Assembly (NCBI GenBank): GCA_951406725.2
Contig: OX597814.1
Coordinates: 61,256,001-61,320,000, forward strand
Direction of reading: 5' to 3'
Length of the DNA: 64,000 nt
Source of the DNA: Octopus vulgaris
Taxonomy: Eukaryota
Position 1 is the stretch's first letter, and every line of letters begins with the position of its first letter. Of the stretch, positions 11,850 through 22,927 are shown piece by piece. A program made the translations under genes and the position numbers. The notes under the pieces are model-generated. The model had not been told where the DNA came from and did no database searches. It was given only the letters and a program-made list of their open reading frames with translations.

Positions 11850-13420
11850 AGTTGTAGAGGAGTTTAAGACTGGCTGTCATAGGAACACTTCTATGCTGAT
11901 GACCTCATATAACTAAACCAGTTCTTATAACTGAACCGGTAGTTGGTTTAGACAAAACAATTCCAGACCTGAATTAGAACCAAGAATCAAGAGGCCTCAA
12001 AGTAAATTTAGCAAAACCTAAAGTATTAGTAAGTAGAAGAGAGGATAGGACCCTGGTACCTTCAGTGAAAAGCATAGGAAGGAAATCACATGCAGTTTAT
12101 TCAGTGTAAACAAAGGATGCACAAGAAGTGCAGGCATACTAACAAAGAGATTAGCAGCTCCTGAGAGTAGCTGACATGGACTATAATATAATATAGAATA
12201 AATCTATAGATTTCAGTCAACACTGTATCCTTAAATCCTTAAAAATGTTTTAGCCCGAAGGCCGCGGCCATGCTGGGGCACCACATGTAAATTAAACTTA
12301 CTTAAATTCAGTGGACACTTGTAAACAAATGTCTTTTAATGTATAAGTGTCTCAAGAATAAGAAGAGTGTATAGAGGGATGAGCTGAACAGATCTCAAGA
12401 AAACTGCAGGTAGAGAAATACTAGAATCATGCAAGCAATGCACAGGGGTAATTGTCAGCAAAATGTGAGTTTGGAATAAGTTCAGTGAGGAACTTAGCAT
12501 GCAAGTAAGTATCCATCAGGCCTCCATTTTCAGCCCCTTGCTGTTTATTATAATCCTCCTGGCAAAGGAGAGGAGTTCAAAATTGGCTGTTTAGTTCTGA
12601 GCTGAATCTACTAAAGATTTAAGGGAAAAGTTCCAAATATGGAAGCAGTGCCTGGAATTGGCAAATGCTCGACTGGGAAGTGGTCATGTTCAATATGAAG
12701 AAAGGGAATAGGAAAAAATTACACAATACAAACAATGTATACACAAAAATTCAGTGTGATCACAGGTTGGCTGACAGAGAAGAAGGACTTCATATGTAAA
12801 ATAATGCTCAAGAACAGTTAGTAGTAACAATACCCTAGAAATGAAGACCCAGTTGTCCAGAAGGCTCACCAGTAGTAGTTGAAAGCTTTTGTTACCGAGG
12901 GTAATCCTTTCAGGGCAAGGTGTTGCAAAAGCATAGTAATGAGCATAAGGATGAGGTGGAACAAATTCAGGGAGCTACAACTTCAGTTGACAACAAAGAG
13001 CTTTTTTTCTGAATCAAAGGCAGATTGTATCCTGCTTGTGTAAAAAGTGTAACATTACATGGTGACATGACAGGGTTGCTGAATGTGAAGGATATGTGAA
13101 GGGTGGAAAGAAATGAGGTGAGCATACTCAACTGGTTGTGAATATCACCATACATGAACAACAGAGAATAAGAGAGGTGAGAGGAAAACTGTGCATTAGA
13201 AGTATCAGCCATGGAATACAAGAAAGAAGATTGTACTGGTATAGATATATTTGAAGAATAATAATTGGGCTCCTTCTACATGTATCATACCAAACAATGC
13301 AAAATGGATGGAACATGTGGCTGGGAGATTCTGAAGAAAACATGGGTAGAAGTGGTGAAATCTTACCTCAAGCAATGGAGTTTCACAAAGGAGATGATGA
13401 AGGACTGTGACATTTATTTC
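11850..13420 (+). mobile_element. Degenerate, scrambled RTE LINE fragments
   Basis: TATGCTGATGACCTC (YADDL), SKTKVLVS and C-terminal KTWVEVVK segments; homologous to 57045-58300. Confidence 0.7.
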
Positions 13421-13505
13421 CTTAAAAAAAATATCAAGTGTTTCAACTTAGAAAGAACCACAGTGGTTTGATTAAACTGAACTATAGAATGTTTAACAGA
13501 CATAC

Positions 13506-13569
13506 CTGGATCTATGGTACGTAGTGTTATATTTGAGGTACTTGAAAGCATCCATGAAGGAAAACCACC
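13506..13569 (-). CDS. GLB1: GLB1-like exon 4 (64 nt) GGFPSWMLSSTSNITLRTIDP(V)
   Basis: tttttttctag acceptor, GTATGT donor; GG.P.W and LR..DP motifs; phases 0/1 fit neighbours. Confidence 0.96.
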
Positions 13570-14362
13570 CTAGAAAAAAATTGAATGTGTGAGCAAATAT
13601 CTGTATCTAATATCTACAATACTTTCAACAGTACTTTCATATTTTTTAGGCTAAAGAGACTTCAATGGCAGGAGTATTTTCTTACACCTATTCTGAAATC
13701 ATTGTCACTGTATCACTTTATTAACCAACCGGATTATTAGATGTTGTTATATACTCCTAGTCACAATGCACTTCCTCACATTGTCGTAACTTTCAAATGA
13801 TGTCAACCCTCTGGCTAGGTGGGCAGGCCCATATTGCCCCTGAGCTTAATGCCAGTTTGCAACAGAGTTACCTATTTACAGCTGAGTGAACTGCAGCAAT
13901 GTGAAATGAAGTGTTTTGCTCAAAAGCACAATGCTCTGTCAGTTTGGGAATTGAAACCAAACTCTTGTGATTATGAGTGAAACATCCTAACCACTAGGCC
14001 ATGTGCCTTCACCTATTCTAAAATACAGTTGTTTATATAAACAAACAAGCAAGCATGTGCATTTTCAGCAATGATTTGATAAGCGGTGCCGAGTTTTACA
14101 ATTATGTAAATAACATTTTCTTTATAAGCTTTAAAGCTTATAGGTGGTCACTGTGCATTGATTAAAGAAAATAGTCTAATATTGGGGCATATAAGCCCTT
14201 GACAGCAAACATAGGTTAACTCTATGTTTTTGCAACAGGTGTACTACTGTTACACCAATGTACACACTCAGTTGTTTACATTAAAAGACAAATATGCTTT
14301 CACAGTTCTATAAAAGGACATACCCTTATGTATAGCAATAGCATCTCAAAAAATGTACTCAC

Positions 14363-14513
14363 AAAATCCCATTCTGCATCAATGTAAGGACCAATACGTA
14401 ATATTACCAACAAGCCAACATCTTGAGCTGTTTTCAAAAATCCTACCAAATCATGATCCCCAGAAAACTGGTAGACTTTAGGTAAAGGCTCGTGGAAATT
14501 CCATGCTATGTAA
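14363..14513 (-). CDS. GLB1: GLB1-like exon 3 (151 nt) [50 protein letters not shown]
   Basis: ttttttcag acceptor, GTGAGT donor; same length as human exon 3; WNFHEP and GPYI.AEW motifs. Confidence 0.97.
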
Positions 14514-14644
14514 CTGAAAAAATAAGAGATAAATTAAAACATAAAATATAGATTATTGCTATCATGATAATAAATTGGTATTATATACATTTTTATTTAA
14601 GCAAACATTAAAAATAAATAAATAAATAAATAAACAAATAGTAA

Positions 14645-14994
14645 GTTTGGCAGTTCTTTTGAATGCTTCAATGATTTCACACAAGCACGCCATCCATCAT
14701 GGTCCCCCATATATGTTCTTAATTCATCAACATTTGCTATTTCACTGTCCTGAGCAAGTTGTCCACATAGGTTAGATGTTTTCTTCCCTTATTGATTCTT
14801 CCTTCAACTGGTTGCCATAAGACCAGTTGACACACAGGTTCTTCTGAGTGCCAGACACAATGAGTAGCAATTCTGATTCTTCTCTGCTGAATTTTCTCAG
14901 TCATTTTGGGCAGATCTTGATAAAGCTGCTTGTTGGTTAAACGAGCTCTCTGTGTGATATTCAGAGTCATTCTTAACATTCTTGAGTAGCAGCC
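14645..14994 (-). mobile_element. 5'-truncated RTE-clade LINE 3' end
   Basis: GCYSRMLRMTLNI...LYQDLPKMTEKIQQRRIRIATHC...LVLWQPVEGRINKGRKHLTYVDNL, an RTE C-terminal pattern. Confidence 0.8.
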
Positions 14995-15087
14995 AAAGTC
15001 TACCAGTTTTCTAGGGATCATGATTTAATATGGTTTTTGGTAATATTATGAATTGATCCTTACATTGATGTGGAAAGGGATTTGTGA
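14995..15087 (+). repeat. Inverted, 27-nt-deleted copy of GLB1 exon 3 plus first 4 nt of its donor
   Basis: 14995-15039 matches exon sense 14479-14435 at 40/45; 15040-15087 matches 14407-14359 at 42/49 (hand alignment). Confidence 0.95.
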
Positions 15088-15946
15088 AAAACAAACAAAT
15101 AAATAAATAAATGAATAAAAATGCTTGAAATAGCATATTTTCATATCTGATTATCTTATATTGAAAGTGTGGTGAAGACAACTATTTTCTTATTGTGACT
15201 CAGTCGATTCAGCTGTAAGAAGGTAGCATCAAAGAAAAAACCTCTGTCTCACTCACCACTAAAATTAACAACAATCAGGGAGTTTCTATGCAGTGGTTCA
15301 ACCTGCTAAAAATAGCAACCAAATCTCTCTCTCTTTCAAGTTACATGCAACCAACTTAAATAAAGGATACATAGAACAATGTGGTGCATAATATGCACAG
15401 ACAGGGGATATTCACAGCTGGAGTGCCTTTCATCATACGTCTACAAAATCAGATCTGTTCTAGGACTTAACAACAACAAAAAATGAAGATGAGCCAATAG
15501 CTGCTTAACAATATAATGCTCTGTATCTCCCTCATCACGTTTAACCCTTAACTCAAGATCTCTGATTCCAATACAAACTTTTCACTTTATAGCAGATGTT
15601 CTGTTTGAGGTGGCCAACTGGAGTTTGGTAGGAACTACACAGAAGCCTACTGTGTCTACATATACAGTGGAACTTCAATTTACGAATTTAATTAATTCCT
15701 GAAGGCTGTTTGATGTTTGTAAACTGAAATTATTTTTCCCATAAGGGATTCAACAGAAAGCACAGCAATTTTGAGCAGGGATGTGCTCTGAGTAAAAGCT
15801 AGACAGCATGTACATTGTGTATACATGCGTATGCATGCATGCGCACATAAGAAACTGCAGCTTCTTGAATTATTGAAGTAGCTTCTCAGCTATAAATAGT
15901 ATAGATATTCTAGTAATGAGTTCTGTTTCTTTTATTTGCATAACCG

Positions 15947-15950
<4 letters not shown>

Positions 15951-15987
<37 letters not shown>

Positions 15988-16002
15988 GTCTGTCTGTCTG
16001 TC

Positions 16003-16056
<54 letters not shown>

Positions 16057-16068
16057 TTTGTTTGTTTT
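15951..16068. repeat. Compound (CT)n(CTGT)n(GT)n microsatellite
   Basis: Direct reading. Confidence 0.95.
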
Positions 16069-18169
16069 AACAAACTAATGTAGTTTTGATGCTGCTTCTG
16101 TAATATTTTCTAACTTAGCAGTTCAGCAAACAGATTTTAATAAAATAAGTATCAGACTGAAATATACTCTGCAGTTGATATGATCTTGTATTTCCTCGAA
16201 GGCAGTACCTGGAATAACTGCAGTTCAATGAATGAATTCAATAAAAGAATAGAAGTCAAACAACCACATAGAGGCTCTTTCTAGATCACAGGTTTACTCA
16301 AGTGGGCCTGGCAAAACCAGTGTAGCTGTTGCTGCGGTATAATAAGAACAATAACAAATAAATAGAAAAAAAACATCCTTTCATGAGCTCTGTAACATCA
16401 CACATTGCTTCTCATATTTTTCATAGTCAATGATAAACAGCAACACCAGGCCAGCTTGTTATTGGCATAAATCCAATCTCATCTTATCTCACATCAGCTT
16501 CATATCAGAGGTTAATTTAAACCAGTTTGCCACTTCTATCTGTAATTAGTTCATTTTTATGTAGATTTTCATTGAATTTCTAGTATACTTCCTGATTATC
16601 ATTCACCCAAATTCATCTCTGACTTTAAACAAATTATAGCAAGAGAGTGGTGGAGGTGTAGTAGTGATTGTAGATATTTACTATGATAAATATCTTTGTA
16701 ATTTAACATGAAATTTAGCGTAACTTCTCACTTTCATCTGTTTAATATTTGAAGTATTACACTGTATTCTTATTATATTGCCCTCTTTTTTTAAAGGTAG
16801 GAAACTGGCACAATTGTTACTCAACCAGACAAAATACTTACCTGTATTTCTTCTGGCTTTTAATATTTTTACATTCTGAGTTCAAATGCTGCTGAAGTCA
16901 ATTTTGTTTTTCCTCCTCTCGTACCAGTTGAACATTGGAGGTGATGTAATCGACCTTAATTAGTGTGGCAACCAAACAGCTGACAGGGCATTGGTTATGT
17001 TCAACAACTATATTTTATTTTTGATAAACATGCTCAACTTTCACTGATTCACAACACCAAGCAATAAGTAAGTTTCATATAGTCGTACAGACTAGAGCTA
17101 ACAACAATGTAAGTACTGCATAAAGGAAAGGGTATACCATGCTTGTGGCTCCAGCCACCAAATACAGCAATTCAGAAATTGCCAACTTCTTGAACATGGC
17201 TAGGTTTTTCATGTTCACAGGTTGGTAACAGAGGGTGACAGGATGGTCAAGTTCATCCAGGATATTGTCAATGACAACCCCTGTAGGACAAGGAGAGTTT
17301 TGTTACCAAGCCCAAGGTGGCAGACCCTACTGTGTAATATGTGGTGCATAAGGACATCAATTGCAAGTCCTATATGATGAGAGAGGACAGTTCATGTCTG
17401 GCAAATCTAAGTGGGCTTGGTAATCATATGATTTATTTGAAATAAACTGGCACATCATAAGTGTCACTGAAAGAACAGCTGACAACCCCACTGTGCCAAG
17501 GACAATTAAGGAGCTAGTGTTGTTGGCATGGTGAGTGACATGAAGAGACCACCTGGACCTGATCTATTTCTATGAGATATCTAGTTGAACATGTGTGCTG
17601 TTTTCCTGATAAAATTTATGATGTTTCTTTATGCTTGTTATTGTTGTTTTTCTCAAATATATACACTGTACATAACCCGACATACCCTGTACATACCTCC
17701 ATACTTTGTACAGATGTAACATTTACATATGTGCCCATCATCCTTGTCATTTTATGTCCATTTTCTGTGTTGATATATTTTCACACGAATGTATATATGT
17801 GATCTGTCCACAAACTACTTGTAAAACAGTCTGTTCATATTCATCTTAATGACATTGATTACTCAGTAACATTCACATCTTCGCACATCCACTTCTTTAA
17901 GTTTATATATGATATTCATATCTTTCAGTTTGCAAAAGTTTTCTTTCCTATGTTTATTATTCCTGTGTGATATTTTCTTGATGTCAAAATGAAAACCCCA
18001 TATGTACAATCTACACAAGTCAATATAGTTTGTGACAACTAGAAAGATTCAGCAACTAGAAGAGAATGTGAATAAAACCACTATCATACAATACTTCCAC
18101 ACTTTTGTCTTCCATGGGCTGAATTTATAATTTTCTACAAGTATTTTATTCAATAAATGAAAGTGCCCT

Positions 18170-18690
18170 GAGAGAAATACTGGACGTAAGAAGCATTGGC
18201 TGTGGCATGCAAGAGAGACGTCTGCGCTGGTATGGTCATGTACTTCGGATGGATGAGGAGAGATGTGTGAAGAAGTGCCACTCCCAAACAGTTGAAGGAA
18301 TCCGGGGTGGAGGTAGACCCAGGAAGACATGGGATGAGGTGGTCAAGCATGACCTTCAAACATTGGGTCTCATGGAGGCAATGACGAAAGACCGAGACCT
18401 CTGGAGATATGCTGTGACTGCGACGACCCGACAAATAACATGAGTTCATGGCTGTTTCTGTACGTGGCTGATGCCAGCGCCGCCTTGACTGGCTTCCGTG
18501 CTGGTGGCACATAAAAAGCACTCACTACATTCACGGAGTTGTTGGCATTAGGAAGGGCATCCAGCTGTAGAAATACTGCCAGATCAGACTGGAGCCTGGT
18601 GCAGCCTCCTGGCTTCCCAGACCCCAGTCGAACCATCCAACACATGCTAGTATGGAAAACGGACGTTAAACGATGATGATGATGATGATG
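18170..18690 (+). mobile_element. RTE LINE 3' end (ORF C-terminus, 3' UTR, (GAT)n tail)
   Basis: QERRLRWYGHVLRMDEERCVKK...GRPRKTWDEVVKHDL...DRDLWR. Confidence 0.9.
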
Positions 18691-19003
18691 AAATGAAACG
18701 TGTTTATTAAGTCTATATCTAGAATTCCAGTTTCAATTCATCATGTACTTTGAAAATAATTTCATTTTCTATTTGATAACATCAGTATGTTAGTGACACA
18801 AAAAAAGCACCCAATATACACTGTAAAGTGGTTGGCATTAGGATGAGCAGAGTCATAGAATCCAAACCAATGTGGACACTGGAGCCCACTGAATTTCTTC
18901 AACTCTTCAGATCCTTGTCAAACTGACCAATCAACATCAGCCTGGAAAATGGATGTTAAATGATGATGATTATGTGATACATATTGCTTCAGCTTGCAGG
19001 ACA

Positions 19004-19223
19004 TTAGCACTTTAGAATTCCACTATGTTAACATAATGCTTATTTATTCACATTGTTTTCACTTAATCATGCATTATCTCATTGCTTCAAGATTTCAATG
19101 ATGTGCTTGTTTTTTAGAATGACATGGTAGAGTATGTGTGAGGGGCTGGATCTGGCTGGTTTTAACATAAAACAGGTAGAATATTTGGGTCTAATAAGAC
19201 CAGTTTAAATACTAAAGGGTTAA
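19004..19223. mobile_element. piggyBac-type TTAA MITE (other copies 21366-21480, 22760-22857, 38460-39088, 42531-42728)
   Basis: Family ends TTAACCCTTTAGCATT / AATGCTAAAGGGTTAA, variably decayed; shared internal sequence between copies. Confidence 0.7.
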
Positions 19224-20255
19224 TGTTCTGCAGCCTATTGTTTGGAGAACCTTGAGTAGATAACAGAAGCTAGCAGTATCATTATTATCCAAGACACCTT
19301 CCTCCCACACAAAAAGAAAATGCTAATACCAGGCAGCTCCTTTCTGGGTTCTAAAAACAATCAAAACCAATGCTAATGTGTTTTTCAATTTATTTTTATT
19401 GTGATAACCTTTTATGCAACATAATGTCTACAACAACCCTCAGAGAATATCTCATTATATAAAAATCTCCTAAAGCTAACGAAAAATACTAACCATATTA
19501 AAGTATGCTGACCTTTCTCTAACATATTCTAACATATATTACTTCTATGTTAGGGTGTGTCTCCAACACGGTGATGACTCAGTCACTATTGATTTAATAA
19601 TGACCAAGAAGACGCTACTGCCATTAAACTAAATAAAAATGAGAATTATGGTTTTGTATTTCATTCCTCCCTGTCCTGAATGCAAACTGGAATTCAGATC
19701 TCGCCAGAGACAACTTCCTGTTTGGAATTTAAGTGACAATAAAAAAATCAGTGGTATGCTAGAATCAGTTCACTTAACTATAAATAAACTACAAGTTGAT
19801 GTACTAAATGGTGTATATACAAATTCTCAATTAAATGAAATTTCCCTTCTTGTTGGAGAAAAAAATGAACTAACACCTAGTTGTTATTGTTAGTGAGAAA
19901 AAGAGAAATAATTTCAAGAAATTAAGAATCAATTTTACAAAACTGATTTACATGTTTAAGGGTGAAGCTGACTTTTGCTTGCAGACAAGGGGGACAACTA
20001 TGAACATGTTTCGATTTTATTGGACTTCTTCAGTATACTCAAGCCTGCTTTGATCAAACGATAAGGTTTTCTATCAAGGATATCATATGGGTGTCCAATC
20101 AACTGAACATTGAGTTAGCAAAGTGGCTGATTATCATACTGATATGTATACGTTTAATATAATTCTGAAGGTGGCAAGCTGGCCAGAATGGTTAGTGGCA
20201 TTTCATCTGTCTTTATGTTCTGAGTTCAAATTCCACTGTGATTGATTTTTTTCTA

Positions 20256-20682
20256 GGCATGGGCGTAGCTGTATGGTAAGAAGCTTGCTTCCCAACCACA
20301 TAGTTCCGGGTTCAGCCCCACTGTGTGGCACCTTGAGCAAGCGTCTTCAACTGTAGCCTCAGCCCAACCAAAGCCTTGTGAGTGGATTTGGTTGACAAAA
20401 ACTGAAAGCAGCTTATTGTATATCTCTGTGTGTGTGGTGTGGTGTGTGTGTGTGTGTGTGTTTGCATCTGTGTTTGACCTCAACTGCTGCTTGACAACTG
20501 GTGTGTCAATTAGTGTGTTTACATCTCCATAACTGAGCAGTTCAGCAAAAGATACTGATATAATAAATACCAGGTTTTAAAACAAAAAGTATTGGGGTTG
20601 ATTCAATCAGCTAAGACTTCTTCGAGGTAGTGCCCCAGCATGGCCACAATTTCATGACTGAAACAAGTAAAAGGTAAAAGAT
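20256..20682 (+). mobile_element. SINE family A
   Basis: Full-length similarity; an oppositely oriented copy follows at about 21035-21360. Confidence 0.85.
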
Positions 20683-21540
20683 GAATCAGCATGACACAGT
20701 GTGGTGAAGCTAAAACCTTGAATTACAGGTGCAATCCATCTGACAGGCTTCTATACAGTTTCTAGCAGACTCAGTTTCACTTTCAAGATCTGGGTCAATC
20801 CAAAGCCATCAAATAAAACAGTTGCCCATGGTGTGACACAGTGGAATGAAACCAAGGACCTTACAGCGATGTCTGAAAGAGAACTGATGGGGAGAAGGAG
20901 AAAGAGAGAAGAGGGAGAGGGAAAGACAGAGAGAAAAAAGGGAGAGGGAGAAAGAGAAAGTGAAAAGGGGAAGAGAGAGAGAAATATCTTAATTTACAAA
21001 GAATACGAAAAAAGTACTCGTTAAATAAGGTATCTTTTACTTTTTACAGGTTTCAGCCATCGGACTGCAGCCCTGCTGGAGCATCGCCTTGAAGGGTTTT
21101 AGTCAAACAAATCAACCCCAGGACTTATTTTTAAAGTCTGGTGTTTATTCTATCAGTTTCTTTTGTTGAATTTCTAAGTTACAAAGACATAAACAAATCA
21201 ATACAAGTTGTCAAGAAGTGGGTGATGGACACACACAGACACACACACACACATATATATATGCACACACACATACACACATATATGGCAGGCTTTAACA
21301 TAGTTTCTGCCTACCAAATTTACTCAAGCGGCATTGGTTGGCCTGGTGCTATAAGAGAACACACTTAACCCTTTAGCATTCATATTACTGAGTGAAATGT
21401 AATGGTTATTTATTTACATTATTTTGAATTAATCATGCATTATCTTGTAGCTTTGAAATTTTGATGATGTAATTGTTTATGATGAGTTGTATTGCTCTGA
21501 TGAGTTGTAGTGCACCTGAGCACTGTATGTAAACTTTACT

Positions 21541-22210
21541 GACACAGAAGTGCCGTCAGCTGGGCCTGCCTGAGATGTGCCCAGAACAATGAAACCATTC
21601 TGCATGCCCTAGTCCAGTGCCCAAGTATTGCTGATGTGTGGGTTTATGTTAAACACCTGCTGTCATTTGTGGGACGAATCCGGCTATCAGCTGAATTCAT
21701 TCTGAAGATTGCCTCACCACCCTCTTTTGGCCAGAAGGAGCAGGCAATTTTTATTTTGTCTAGTGGCTATAGTGAAAGAGGTAGTATGTTAGACCTGTTT
21801 GAAAGGGCTACAGACAGTCACTTACCTCTTTGGCCAAGCCCTCATCAACTTTTTCAAGTTTGACTTGAAAAGGAAGTTGAGGATGGAGAGGAAAGTGTTG
21901 CCTTGTAACAAGTTTGTTGAAAGGTGGGTGAATGTTGGAAGAATGGCCAGTGTGAAAGGACCAATTCTGAGTGTGTACCTGCAAATAAAAAAGAAGGGCT
22001 CTTGCCTTGTTGTTCAGGCACCTATGGCTTTTGCGGGTTTTTCCATGAGGACTTTAAAGCACTTCTCCTATTGGGAGTTTTAATTTATTCAATGTTTTTA
22101 TTACATTATGTACACACGAAAACCCCTTGTATCGTCCTGTTTTTGTCTTTTATGTTGTTGTATGTCATTTAATGTTTTGTATATGAGCCCTTGTGGCTAA
22201 TAAAAGAATA
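21541..22210 (+). mobile_element. Tx1/L1-clade LINE 3' end
   Basis: CLRCAQNNETILHALVQCPSIADVWVYV (CCHC zinc knuckle), FVERW end, AATAAA then (ATT)n tail. Confidence 0.8.
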
Positions 22211-22466
22211 GATTATTATTATTATTATTATTATTATTATTTAAGGTGGTGAGAATCATTAGAACACCAGGTGAAATGCTTAGTACTATTTCCCCTGTTG
22301 CTATGTTCTGAGTTCAAATTCTGCCATGGTTAATTTTGCCTTTCATCCTTTCAAGGTCAATAGATTAAGTACCAGTGAAACACAGGGTCAATGTAATCAA
22401 CTAGTCTCCTCCCATAAAATTTCAGGTTTTGTGCATTTAACAGAAAAGATCATTATTATTATTATA

Positions 22467-22507
<41 letters not shown>

Positions 22508-22509
<2 letters not shown>

Positions 22510-22720
22510 GGTGGCAAGCTGGCAGAATTGTTAGCATGCCAGGCGAAATGCTTAGAGGTAGACTGTTGCTACGTTATGAGTTCAAATTACACTGAGATCG
22601 ACTTTGCCTTTCATCTTTCCAGGGTTGATAAAATAAGTACCAGTTGAGTACTGGGATCGAATGTAATCAACTATACCCCTCCCCCAAATTTTAGGCCTAG
22701 TGCCTATAGTAGAAAGGATT
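22508..22720 (+). mobile_element. SINE family B (tandem with 22243-22450)
   Basis: tRNA-like head and GACTTTGCCTTTCATC core; flanked by (ATT)n. Confidence 0.8.
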
Positions 22721-22733
22721 GTTTTTTCTTAAT

Positions 22734-22789
22734 GCTACATCTGGCTTCTCATACCTATTGTAGGATAGGTATGAGAAGCCAGATGTGGC
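22734..22789. repeat. 25-bp hairpin with 6-nt loop
   Basis: GCTACATCTGGCTTCTCATACCTAT tgtagg ATAGGTATGAGAAGCCAGATGTGGC; 24/25 Watson-Crick pairs. Confidence 0.9.
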
Positions 22790-22927
22790 TTTTTTACAAC
22801 ATAAAACAGGTAGAATATTTTAGCCAGATATGGTCAGTTTAAATGCTAAAGGATTAAGGTGCTGCACAGTGGAACTGAACCCAAAGCCATGTAGTTCCAA
22901 AGAGAGCTTCTTAACCAACTTTAAAAC

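Noticed and set aside
14737-15021. 94-aa [20 protein letters not shown]...
   Set aside because: Chance fusion of the antisense exon copy (MIPRKLVDF) with a LINE C-terminus; not a gene.
16386-16445. Minus-strand FIIDYEK resembling the start of GLB1 exon 2
   Set aside because: Similarity stops after a few residues, a stop follows, and the true exon 2 is at 44537-44703.
21497-21527. CTGATGAG as a hammerhead core
   Set aside because: No stem II or GAAA box; it matches the CR1 3' tail seen at 43182-43210.
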